Part shown: positions 1 through 8,738 of the stretch, piece by piece
How the letters are laid out: each line of letters starts with the position of its first letter
Numbering within the stretch: the stretch's first letter is position 1
Translations under genes and position numbers: made by a program
Assembly: GCA_003819715.1 (NCBI GenBank)
Contig: RPQN01000017.1
Span: 1 to 56,635 of the forward strand
Direction: 5' to 3'
DNA length: 56,635 bases
Source of the DNA: Ignavibacteriota bacterium
GTDB taxonomy: Bacteria > Bacteroidota > Ignavibacteria > UBA10030
The notes under the pieces: model-generated
The model's input: only the letters and a program-made list of their open reading frames with translations
Told to the model about the DNA's origin: nothing
Database searches by the model: none

Positions 1-132
1 TAAAAACATTTCCGACACGGGAAAGAGTTCTTGAAGTACTGGAGTCAGCGTTCGTGCAGAGGTGAGTCCCCTGTCGAACCCTGTTTCACCCGGGAAACGG
101 ATCTTTATCCGTTCCTGGAGGAGGAATAAAAA

Positions 133-495
133 ATGACTGAAATGCTTTCTTTCTGCGGCCTTGTTTGCACGACCTGTCCCATCTATATCGTCACCCGGGA
201 GAAGAATAAAAAAGAACAGACGAAGAAGCGGACAGAAATTGCTGAAATCTGCAATGAACACTATGGAACGCACTACGGAGTTTCAGACATTACGGATTGC
301 GACGGCTGCCGGATGGAAGGCGGAAGGTTGTTTTCCGGGTGTATCGATTGCACCATCAGGGAATGCGCAAAGAGTAAAGCGATAGAAAATTGTGCAGCGT
401 GTTCCGATTACGGTTGTCAGAAACTTGAATTATTTTTTAGCAAGGACCCGTCTGCAAAGTCACGCCTCGACGATCTCAGAAAACGAATTTCATAA
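133..495 (+). CDS. DUF3795-like cysteine-rich protein
   Basis: 120-aa ORF. It has N-terminal CGLVCTTCPIY and several further Cys pairs (CDGC, CIDC, CAAC), typical of the DUF3795 family. GGAGGAGG lies about 8 nt upstream of the ATG. Confidence 0.7.
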   Translation: MTEMLSFCGLVCTTCPIYIVTREKNKKEQTKKRTEIAEICNEHYGTHYGVSDITDCDGCRMEGGRLFSGCIDCTIRECAKSKAIENCAACSDYGCQKLELFFSKDPSAKSRLDDLRKRIS

Positions 496-667
496 TTTCG
501 GCCCCGCGGTTTCTTATGAGTTATGGAACCGGAGACTTCCGGCACAAGAACTTGAGGACCTGGCGGGTACGTTTAAATTTAAATAAATCCGCGGGAACCG
601 CTCCTGTTGTTTCTTGCTCATTCCTTCTTTAGCTCTTCCTGAAAATTTGATATATTAAGGATCAGAG

Positions 668-1273
668 ATGCTCCTCACGGTGATCGAAATATTGGGGATT
701 GCAGTCGCAGCGTTTTCCGGGATTATGGAAGCGAAGCGCAACAGCATGGATTTGATCGGCATCTATACGGTTGCATTTATGACCGCCCTCGGCGGCGGAA
801 CCATCCGCGATATATTGTTGAACCGATATCCAATATTTTGGGTGATTCATCCGGAATATGCCGTTGGAATTTTCATCCTGTCGGTGATCACGGCGCTCGT
901 TCTCCGCTACAAGCAAATTATCATCCGGCCGTACGCGATCATTATTCCGGATGCATTAGCGCTGGGGTTGTACAGTGCCATTGGCGCGGCCTATGCGATG
1001 GAATTAAACGTCTCGTGGTTCATCGCCGTGCTGATGGGCACCATTACGGCAACATTCGGCGGAGTGATGCGCGATATTCTGTGCAATAAAGTTCCGGATA
1101 TCTTTAAACATGGCGGACACCTTTATGCGACATGCGCACTCAGTGCGGCGGTGATGTACATTCTGGTGAAGTCGGCGACCAACGATCATGCATCTGCTGC
1201 GACTGCGAGCTTGATAACCGCAACAGCGCTTCGGCTTCTCTCGGTGAAGTTCGACATTACATTACCGATATAA
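668..1273 (+). CDS. Trimeric intracellular cation channel family / UPF0126 (YadS-YicG-like) membrane protein
   Basis: 201-aa polytopic membrane ORF. The motif is duplicated (GGGTIRD and GGVMRD), characteristic of the two UPF0126 repeats. Confidence 0.8.
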   Translation: MLLTVIEILGIAVAAFSGIMEAKRNSMDLIGIYTVAFMTALGGGTIRDILLNRYPIFWVIHPEYAVGIFILSVITALVLRYKQIIIRPYAIIIPDALALGLYSAIGAAYAMELNVSWFIAVLMGTITATFGGVMRDILCNKVPDIFKHGGHLYATCALSAAVMYILVKSATNDHASAATASLITATALRLLSVKFDITLPI

Positions 1274-1345
1274 AAAAAGATCATACGGTCCGATGCGTAA
1301 GGAACTGCAATTCTCTCAGGAATGTTGTTGAGACGAGACACACGT

Positions 1346-2278
1346 ATGTCAAAAGAACGAAAATATACATTTGGCCCTGTTCCATCACGGCGGCTGGGAT
1401 TGTCGCTCGGCGTTGATGTGATCCCGAATAAACTCTGTTCACTCGATTGCATCTACTGTGAAGTCGGCGTGACCGACAAACGGGGACTCGCAAGAAAAGA
1501 ATATTTGCCGGCAAATGAAATCCTTGCCGAAGTCAAAGCGGTCATCGCCGAATACCCGGATCTCGACCATATTACCATTTCAGGTTCGGGTGAACCAACA
1601 TTGAACAGTAAAATCGGAGACATTATCCGGGGGATCAAGGCGATGACCAAGGTTCCGGTTGCCGTCCTCACCAACGGAACTCTCCTGGATGATCCTCAGG
1701 TCCGGCTCGATTTGATGGAAGCCGATATTGTCTCGCCGTCGCTGGATGCAGTCACTACGGACGTGTTTCTCAAAGTCGACCGGCCCAACCCCAAACTGCG
1801 GATAGAAAACATCATCGACGGCATCAAACAGTTCCGCCGGGAATACAAGGGGAGAATGTGGATCGAGATCCTGTTCGTCAAAGGCATGAACGACCATGAT
1901 GAAGAAGTATTCAAAATGAAACAGGTCCTGGATGAAATCCAGCCGGAAAAGATTCACCTCAACACCGTGATCCGCCCGCCGGCATATGCCGTGGCGCAGC
2001 CGGTGGAGGAAAGCCGCCTGAAGGAGATTCAGAAGATCCTGGGGGAACGAAGTGAAATTGTCGGGGTATTTAAAGAGACTCACAAAACCATCGAACATAA
2101 CGCCGATGGACAATCTATCCTTGCCCTGCTCAAGCGCCGCGCAATGACTTTGGAGCAGATGACCGTTTCGCTGGCCATGAAAAATGATGATCTCTCCGCA
2201 TCATTAAAACAATTGCACCAGGGAAAGTTTATTAAGTCCTATATGTTCAACGGCGAAGAATACTACCAGGCGCTGTAA
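1346..2278 (+). CDS. Radical SAM protein
   Basis: Contains the CSLDCIYC (CxxxCxxC) cluster motif, followed by GSGEPTL. The ORF-track start is 1322. I prefer the internal ATG at 1346 (MSKERKYTFGPVPSRRLG), but the start is uncertain. Confidence 0.85.
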   Translation: MSKERKYTFGPVPSRRLGLSLGVDVIPNKLCSLDCIYCEVGVTDKRGLARKEYLPANEILAEVKAVIAEYPDLDHITISGSGEPTLNSKIGDIIRGIKAMTKVPVAVLTNGTLLDDPQVRLDLMEADIVSPSLDAVTTDVFLKVDRPNPKLRIENIIDGIKQFRREYKGRMWIEILFVKGMNDHDEEVFKMKQVLDEIQPEKIHLNTVIRPPAYAVAQPVEESRLKEIQKILGERSEIVGVFKETHKTIEHNADGQSILALLKRRAMTLEQMTVSLAMKNDDLSASLKQLHQGKFIKSYMFNGEEYYQAL

Positions 2279-2366
2279 CTGCTGTTCCTCCCCAAACCGT
2301 TTTGATCCTCCGTTCTTCCGCACTGCCGGGAGAGGCCGCTCGCTTACAAATTTAACGTCAAGATTT

Positions 2367-3080
2367 TTATAATCCCAGGAACTGGATTGCTATTCCGCAG
2401 AAGAAAATGGAGATGCCGGCGAGTGCATGGGTGTAGCGTTCGAACTGTTTCGTAGGAAGGAAGCGGAGCCCGGCAATGGACCCAAGGACAATCCCCACCA
2501 TCGTACCGATGGTGACGACTCCAAACACGAGGCTGACGATCACGACGTAAAAGAGATGGCCCTGGGCTGCGGGGTACATAAGAATGGGGATCAAAGGCTC
2601 ACAAGGACCGAGAACAAATATGATAAATAACACCCAGGGAGTCATTCCGGTGCCGTCGGGCTGTTCGTGAATGTGCGCGTGTTCCTCTGCATGGATATGC
2701 GTGTGGCTGTGCGTATGACCATCGCTGTGAGGATGAATGTGGGTGTGCGGTTTATTGAGAATTGCCTTGCGTATCCCCCAGATCCCGTAGACCAATCCGA
2801 AGGCGATCAGGAACCAGCCTGCAATATTACCCCGGATCGACTCGACGGTCTGGAGATGGGCGACCGCAATACCAAAGCCGACACCGACGAATCCAAGGAG
2901 CACCGAGCTGCCCACATGTCCGATGCCGCAAAGTATGGTGACCAGTGTCGTTTTCAGCGTGGACCATTTGCCTGCCTTGGACATAACGATAAATGGCACA
3001 TAATGGTCCGGGCCGAGGAGCGTATGAAAAAGCGCAACGGAGACTGCGGTGATTATTAATATGCTGAGTTCCTGGTTCAT
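2367..3080 (-). CDS. His-rich polytopic membrane protein, probable Ni/Co or other metal transporter (NicO/RcnA-like)
   Basis: 237-aa ORF with about 6 hydrophobic segments. It has an LGPDH motif in TM1 and a central loop HTHIHPHSDGHTHSHTHIHAEEHAHIHE. The family call comes from the motif only. Confidence 0.6.
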   Translation of the reverse strand: MNQELSILIITAVSVALFHTLLGPDHYVPFIVMSKAGKWSTLKTTLVTILCGIGHVGSSVLLGFVGVGFGIAVAHLQTVESIRGNIAGWFLIAFGLVYGIWGIRKAILNKPHTHIHPHSDGHTHSHTHIHAEEHAHIHEQPDGTGMTPWVLFIIFVLGPCEPLIPILMYPAAQGHLFYVVIVSLVFGVVTIGTMVGIVLGSIAGLRFLPTKQFERYTHALAGISIFFCGIAIQFLGL

Positions 3081-3259
3081 GGGATTCTCATATAAGATAA
3101 CAAAATAAACCGAAAACGAGAACTGTTTTATTTTCTGAAGAAATGATCTGAAGGCGAACGTCGATCCATGACTCTTTTACGTTTGCGTACCCTTGCAAAC
3201 TGAACAGAGGTGCTGTATCTTATATCGTTTCACCTCCCTGTGGATACTGTCTCGAACGA

Positions 3260-4327
3260 ATGATGATAAAAGAATCCAGGATAAAAAATACCTTGACGCG
3301 GCAGCTCAATCAAAAGAGCCTGCAGAGAATTCGCGCCGCCGTCCAGAGCCTTAAAATTGATATCGGACAACCCGCGAATGATGCGCGCGCCGTGAAAGCG
3401 AACAGCGCGGCAAAAAAATCGAACCGGGTGAACGCCGGATATTTATTGCCCGAGTTTGATCAGATTCTCGCTGCGCAAACTCTCCCGCGGGCAAAATATT
3501 ATATCCGGAGGCTGATCCGATCGCTCTCGGAAAAAAAGACGGGGGCAGCGAACGATCTGAATTTGCATCGCTGGAAGGAATATGAAGATATTCTCACCGA
3601 CAGCCTCTGGATCGTAGAGAAACGCGATACGTCGGGCGCCCATCAGGGCGGATACTGGGGCAACTTTATTCCGCAAATACCGAATCAATTCCTCAGACGA
3701 TATACCAAAAAGGGGGAATGGGTGCTTGACGCATTTCTCGGAAGCGGAACAACACTCATCGAATGCAAGCGCCTCGGCCGGAACGGTGTCGGCGTCGAAC
3801 TGCAGGGCAGAGTTGCTCGCACGGCATCAAAAACGATTGGCCGGGAGGACAATCCCTCTTCATCCCGGACTGAAATTATTGTCGGCGACAGCACACGGCT
3901 TGATTTTCAGTCCGAACTTTCGAAGAGGAAAATCAAATCCGTTCAATTTTTAATGATGCATCCTCCGTATTGGGATATCGTAAAATTCAGCAGCAAGAAA
4001 AGAGATCTTTCGAATGCGAAAACGATGGATGAGTTTTTACAGCTCCTGGGGGATATCGTCGATGCCACCTATCCGGTGCTGGACCAGAACCGTTATTTTG
4101 CGTTGGTGATTGGCGATAAATATTCGGGCGGCAACTGGATCCCCCTGGGATTTTTTGCAATGCAGGAAGTTTTAAAACGCGGGTATATATTGAAATCTAT
4201 TATCATTAAGAATTTCGATGAGACAAAGGGAAAAAGAAATCAAAAGGAATTATGGCGGTATCGTGCGCTCGCCGGCGGGTTCTATATTTTCAAGCATGAA
4301 TATATATTTCTTTTCAAAAAACGATAA
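3260..4327 (+). CDS. DNA methyltransferase (N6/N4 family), solitary
   Basis: LDAFLGSGTT (AdoMet motif I) is followed about 75 aa later by HPPY (motif IV). SLW and YWGNFIPQIP segments lie upstream. No adjacent nuclease gene. Confidence 0.7.
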   Translation: MMIKESRIKNTLTRQLNQKSLQRIRAAVQSLKIDIGQPANDARAVKANSAAKKSNRVNAGYLLPEFDQILAAQTLPRAKYYIRRLIRSLSEKKTGAANDLNLHRWKEYEDILTDSLWIVEKRDTSGAHQGGYWGNFIPQIPNQFLRRYTKKGEWVLDAFLGSGTTLIECKRLGRNGVGVELQGRVARTASKTIGREDNPSSSRTEIIVGDSTRLDFQSELSKRKIKSVQFLMMHPPYWDIVKFSSKKRDLSNAKTMDEFLQLLGDIVDATYPVLDQNRYFALVIGDKYSGGNWIPLGFFAMQEVLKRGYILKSIIIKNFDETKGKRNQKELWRYRALAGGFYIFKHEYIFLFKKR

Positions 4328-4455
4328 CGATGATTGCATATTCTGAAGATTCATTTTCTTCTCCACAGAAAACAGTTCTTCCATGAATATCGCGTCATTT
4401 GCATAAAAAAATGTTATCATTCGAATGATCATTCAACCACTTCCAGGAGGGACCC

Positions 4456-5019
4456 ATGTTCTTCTTTCTCTTGCTTGCACTCGTCATTATTCTTGCCGCC
4501 TTTGCCATTGGCGGATATAATTCTCTTATCCAGATTCGAAACCAGGTTCGGAACGCGTGGAAACAGATCGATATCCAGCTCAAACGCCGGCATGATTTGA
4601 TACCCAATCTTGTCAATGCCGTGAAAGGACAGATGGAATTTGAAAAAGGTACGCTGGAACGGGTCATCCAGGCGCGCGCCGCAGCGGTCGGGGCGCATTC
4701 GATTCCGGACAGCATGGCAAAAGAGGATGTCCTGTCGTCGGCGCTTTCCAAACTGTTAGCGGTCGTTGAAAATTATCCAACGCTGAAAGCGAACGAAAGC
4801 GTCGGGCCGCTGATGGAAGAATTGACGACCACCGAAAATCAAATCTCTTTCGCCCGTCAATTTTACAACGACATCACGACGAAATACAACACCAAATTGG
4901 AAATCTTTCCGACCAATCTCTTTGCATCGTCGTTCGGATTTAAGATGTTTCCCCTGTTCACCATCAAAGATGCCGGCGAACGGGAAACACCGACGGTGGA
5001 TCTTTCACTGAAAAATTGA
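4456..5019 (+). CDS. lemA: LemA family protein
   Basis: N-terminal TM segment, then GGYNSLIQIRNQVRNAWKQIDIQLKRRHDLIPNLV, the canonical LemA signature. Confidence 0.9.
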   Translation: MFFFLLLALVIILAAFAIGGYNSLIQIRNQVRNAWKQIDIQLKRRHDLIPNLVNAVKGQMEFEKGTLERVIQARAAAVGAHSIPDSMAKEDVLSSALSKLLAVVENYPTLKANESVGPLMEELTTTENQISFARQFYNDITTKYNTKLEIFPTNLFASSFGFKMFPLFTIKDAGERETPTVDLSLKN

Positions 5020-5074
5020 TCCAGAAGATAGAGTCCATCTTTACGATGGACTCTATCAAAAACCCGCAAATCCC

Positions 5075-6058
5075 ATGACAGAACCTTTTATTCTCCAGGC
5101 TCGTAATTTCTACGAACAGCAGGCGCACAATCGCCGGATGACGCTGGTCATCATGTCCGGGTTCGTTCTTCTCTTCGGCGCCATCGGCCTGGGGATTGAT
5201 TATTTTTATCTTGGTGTTTTTGAAGAAGGGTTCGTCCTTCCGCCGGTCTCCACCATCGCGGTGGTCATGAGTATTGCATTTGCGGTCGGATGCTTCAATG
5301 GCGGATCGTCTCTGGTTCTCAAAAGTACTGAAGCAGTTCAGGCAGATCCGATTCATCCTGAGAATCAACGGCTCCTGAATATTGTCCGGGAAATATCTCT
5401 TGCCTCCGGCCTGCCGGTACCCAGGGTCTACATTATTCCTGATGATGACCCGAATGCGTTTGCCACGGGGAAGAACCCTGATACCAGTTCTCTTGCCGTC
5501 ACCCGCGGTCTCCTGAATGTCCTGGATCGCGATGAATTGCAGGGGGTCGTCGCTCATGAAATGAGCCACATCCGGAATTACGATATCCGTCTGATGACGA
5601 CGGTTGCGGCGTTTGTCGGGATCATCGTTCTCCTCTCTGATGTCATGGTCCGCGGATTACGATTCGGCGGTTTGTCAAAGGGCCGCCGTTCGAAATCCGG
5701 CGGCTCGCTCGGCGCATTGTTATTTATTTTATGGATCATCGTGATGATTTTTGCTCCGCTGATCACGAGGATTATGGCGATGATGATATCGCGTAAACGG
5801 GAGTATCTTGCCGATGCCTCGGCAGCCGAACTGACACGAAATCCGATAGCTCTTGCGAATGCATTAAGTAAACTGGAAAACGCATCCGCTCCGACGAAAT
5901 CAATTAAACAGGGAGTGGCACATCTCTGTGTCGTCGATCCGGCGGGAAAATCGTTCAATGAAAAAGAAGGATTCTGGGCGGAACTCTTTTCAACCCACCC
6001 GCCGATGCAGAAGCGGATCATGTACCTGAAATCGATGGCGTATCAAAAATCCGGTTAA
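5075..6058 (+). CDS. M48 family zinc metallopeptidase (HtpX-like)
   Basis: Contains the HEMSHIRNYD zinc motif, DPNAFATG, a C-terminal REYLADASAAELT and THPPMQKR. Multiple TM segments. Confidence 0.9.
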   Translation: MTEPFILQARNFYEQQAHNRRMTLVIMSGFVLLFGAIGLGIDYFYLGVFEEGFVLPPVSTIAVVMSIAFAVGCFNGGSSLVLKSTEAVQADPIHPENQRLLNIVREISLASGLPVPRVYIIPDDDPNAFATGKNPDTSSLAVTRGLLNVLDRDELQGVVAHEMSHIRNYDIRLMTTVAAFVGIIVLLSDVMVRGLRFGGLSKGRRSKSGGSLGALLFILWIIVMIFAPLITRIMAMMISRKREYLADASAAELTRNPIALANALSKLENASAPTKSIKQGVAHLCVVDPAGKSFNEKEGFWAELFSTHPPMQKRIMYLKSMAYQKSG

Positions 6059-6066
6059 TACGGCCT

Positions 6067-7305
6067 ATGTCCGAACCTCTCCTGGCACATGCTCACAATA
6101 TTTATGAGCAGCAGACACATAATCGACGGATGACGTGGCTGCTCATTATCGCCTTTGTGGTCCTTATCGCGCTGGTTGGTGCAGGATTCGATTTCTTTTT
6201 CACCATAAATTCACCAGTTCGTTTTCTCATGCTTCCGTTTGTACTGCTCATGGTCGGTTCAGGGCTTTGGAACTTCAAGCAAAGGGCTGCAGCAGGGTTG
6301 TGGAAAGAACCAAGCAAGTTTGCTGAAGATGAAGACGACTTTTCACTCTTTAAATGGCTCTTCGCGTTTGGCATCCTCTCAATAATTATTCTTATGTACT
6401 TACCGGCTGTAATGTTTAAGCCTCATCTCATTGAAAATTTTTTTTCGTACACACTCAATCTTCCTCTCCTTCGTTATTTTCCTCTCGGAACAATCTTAGC
6501 TGTCATTATTGCTGTCGTTACCATCCTCACCAGTCTCCGCTGGGGAACGAACTCCGTGCTGTGGTCTGTCCATGCCGAGCAGCCGGATGAACAGGTATGC
6601 GATCTGCCGGAATTGCTGAACGTCGTCAAAGAGATGAGCCTTGCGGCGGGAATGCCGTCTCCTCCCAAAGTATTTATCGTACGGGATTCTGATCCGAATG
6701 CGTTCACTATTGGAACGACGGCAAGCGACAGTTCTCTTGTCGTTACGTCCGGATTGCTTCAACTGCTGGATCGGGAAGAATTACAGGGCGTCATCGCACA
6801 CGAAATGAGCCACATCCGGAATTCCGATACGCGCTTGATGACCATGATCACCATTCTTTTTGGTGCGGTGATCCTGCTTTCCGAGTGGATGAAGAAGTGT
6901 GCTCTTCTCGGCGGTTTTGCCGGAAGCCGTGTTCCCGGAGCGGGTTGGGCGCTGCGGGGGGTGCTGCTTATCGGCTGGCTTGTGACGCTGCTGCTGACCC
7001 CGCTGATTGCGCGCATTGTGGCGATGGCCGTCTCACGCCAGCGGGAATATCTTGCAGATGCAGGTGGAGCGGAATTGACTCGCAATCCGAAAGCACTGGC
7101 GAGCGCTCTTTTAAAAATTGAACAGGCAGCGGTGCCCACCACTTCTTTTCAAAAAGGCATTGCCCATTTGTGCGTCGTTGATCCCCTGGGGAAAAAAGTC
7201 AATTCAAAGGAGGGATGGTGGGCGAACCTCTTTGCAACCCATCCACCGATGAAGAACCGGGTGATGCTGTTGAATGCCATGGCGTATAACCAGAGACAAC
7301 TCTGA
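6067..7305 (+). CDS. M48 family zinc metallopeptidase (HtpX-like), paralog with N-terminal insertion
   Basis: Contains HEMSHIRNSD, DPNAFTIG, REYLADAGGAELT and THPPMKNR. It aligns with the upstream paralog by eye but has about 85 extra residues, including two hydrophobic segments and an EDEDD stretch. Confidence 0.9.
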   Translation: MSEPLLAHAHNIYEQQTHNRRMTWLLIIAFVVLIALVGAGFDFFFTINSPVRFLMLPFVLLMVGSGLWNFKQRAAAGLWKEPSKFAEDEDDFSLFKWLFAFGILSIIILMYLPAVMFKPHLIENFFSYTLNLPLLRYFPLGTILAVIIAVVTILTSLRWGTNSVLWSVHAEQPDEQVCDLPELLNVVKEMSLAAGMPSPPKVFIVRDSDPNAFTIGTTASDSSLVVTSGLLQLLDREELQGVIAHEMSHIRNSDTRLMTMITILFGAVILLSEWMKKCALLGGFAGSRVPGAGWALRGVLLIGWLVTLLLTPLIARIVAMAVSRQREYLADAGGAELTRNPKALASALLKIEQAAVPTTSFQKGIAHLCVVDPLGKKVNSKEGWWANLFATHPPMKNRVMLLNAMAYNQRQL

Positions 7306-7374
7306 AACTTAATCATGACGGGTAACGTTTCGAATATGAGAGTAACACCTTTGCCGCGAGAGAAGAACAAAAGC

Positions 7375-8715
7375 ATGAATCGTCATGAATGGAGGGATAT
7401 CACTCAACATGTTCCTCTGAGAATTTTTTACGGACATCGGATCCTGCAGCTCATTCTCATCGCTGTTTGTTCGTTCTCGATTTTTACCTCGCCTCTGTCT
7501 GCACAGACCAAGCTTCTCATTCCGATGGACTTAAAACAAACCGATCACCTGAAATCTTACGGAATCGCGTTCTGGCTTCTGGAACACGGCGGAGAAGCGG
7601 ATTGGCTTTTAAACTATCGGGGCGGATCTTTTTTATGTGATTACACCGATGCCCTGGCGAAGGAATGCCGCATCCGCGGAGTCTTTTTCGAACCGCTCGC
7701 CGCAGTCGAAGCCGCCTCTCTGTATGCGGAAGTCCAGCGCGAGGATAATAACGAGGATGTCGTCCGGCTGGAGAAAACGCCGAAGATTGCCGTTTACGTT
7801 CCTCCGGGATTTAAACCATGGGACGACGCCGTCACCATGGCGCTTGAATATGCGGAAATCCCGTATACAAAAGTGTGGGACGAAGAAGTTCTTTCCGGCA
7901 AGCTCGCGGAGTACGACTGGCTCCACCTGCACCATGAAGACTTCACCGGACAGTACGGCAAGTTTTACGCGAACTTTCGCGGTGCGCCATGGTACATCGA
8001 GCAGCAAATGCTGTACGAGCGTGAAGCAAAGCGGCTCGGGTATAAGAAAGTATCTGAAGAAAAGAAAGCGGTTGCACGGGCTATCAAGGAATACATCGGC
8101 AACGGCGGATTTATGTTCGCGATGTGTTCTGCAACGGACAGCTACGACATCGCCCTGGCGGCGGAGAACGTCGACATCTGCGATGTCATGTTCGACGGCG
8201 ATCCGATGGATCGCAATGCCCAGGCGAAACTGGACTTCAGCAAAACACTTGCATTTGAAAATTTCAAACTGGATCTGAATCCATTCCGATATGAATATTC
8301 GGATATTGACCTTCCTCCGAGCGATCCGCCTCCCATTCGCGATCCCAACACGGATTATTTTACACTGTTCGAATTCTCCGCAAAGTACGATCCCGTACCC
8401 ACCATGCTGACGCAGGATCACGTGAATATCATTAAAGGATTTATGGGTCAGACTACGGCATTCAAGAAAAGCTTGATAAAAAGATCCATTACCATACTTG
8501 CCGAACGCGAGGGAACGGAGGAAGTGAAATATATCCACGGCAATTTCGGCCGCGGCACGTTTACGTGGTACGGCGGTCACGATCCGGAAGATTACCAGCA
8601 TTCGGTCGGCGACCCGCCCACCGATTTGAACCTGCATAAAAACTCGCCCGGCTACAGGCTTATTCTCAACAACGTCCTGTTTCCCGCCGCAAAGAAGAAA
8701 CAACAAAAGACATAG
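7375..8715 (+). CDS. Conserved secreted hypothetical protein (possible GATase1-like fold)
   Basis: Long ORF with the signal-like segment ILQLILIAVCSFSIFTSPLSAQ. The internal GGFMFAMCSATDSYD resembles a nucleophile elbow. Function is not assignable. Start chosen at the ATG at 7375; the ORF track gives 7315. Confidence 0.6.
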   Translation: MNRHEWRDITQHVPLRIFYGHRILQLILIAVCSFSIFTSPLSAQTKLLIPMDLKQTDHLKSYGIAFWLLEHGGEADWLLNYRGGSFLCDYTDALAKECRIRGVFFEPLAAVEAASLYAEVQREDNNEDVVRLEKTPKIAVYVPPGFKPWDDAVTMALEYAEIPYTKVWDEEVLSGKLAEYDWLHLHHEDFTGQYGKFYANFRGAPWYIEQQMLYEREAKRLGYKKVSEEKKAVARAIKEYIGNGGFMFAMCSATDSYDIALAAENVDICDVMFDGDPMDRNAQAKLDFSKTLAFENFKLDLNPFRYEYSDIDLPPSDPPPIRDPNTDYFTLFEFSAKYDPVPTMLTQDHVNIIKGFMGQTTAFKKSLIKRSITILAEREGTEEVKYIHGNFGRGTFTWYGGHDPEDYQHSVGDPPTDLNLHKNSPGYRLILNNVLFPAAKKKQQKT

Positions 8716-8738
8716 AACGTCCGACGGGCGAATGTGAA

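Noticed and set aside
1-65. Frame-3 open reading segment ending at the TGA at 63-65 (possible 3' end of an upstream gene), and a small imperfect hairpin at about 88-115.
   Set aside because: Only about 20 codons are visible, so there is no basis for a call. The hairpin is imperfect and is not followed by a U-run.
7633-8706. Long antisense ORFs opposite well-supported genes. Examples: 7633..8706(-), 4964..5569(-), 14851..15624(-), 20688..21335(-), 21004..21687(-), 22452..23252(-), 23920..24726(-), 29231..30148(-), 33963..34859(+), 38254..38865(-), 41394..42188(-), 47177..47803(+).
   Set aside because: Each fully overlaps a gene with clear family motifs on the other strand. Their translations are Arg/His/Cys/Phe-rich low-complexity strings without recognisable motifs, which is typical of shadow frames.
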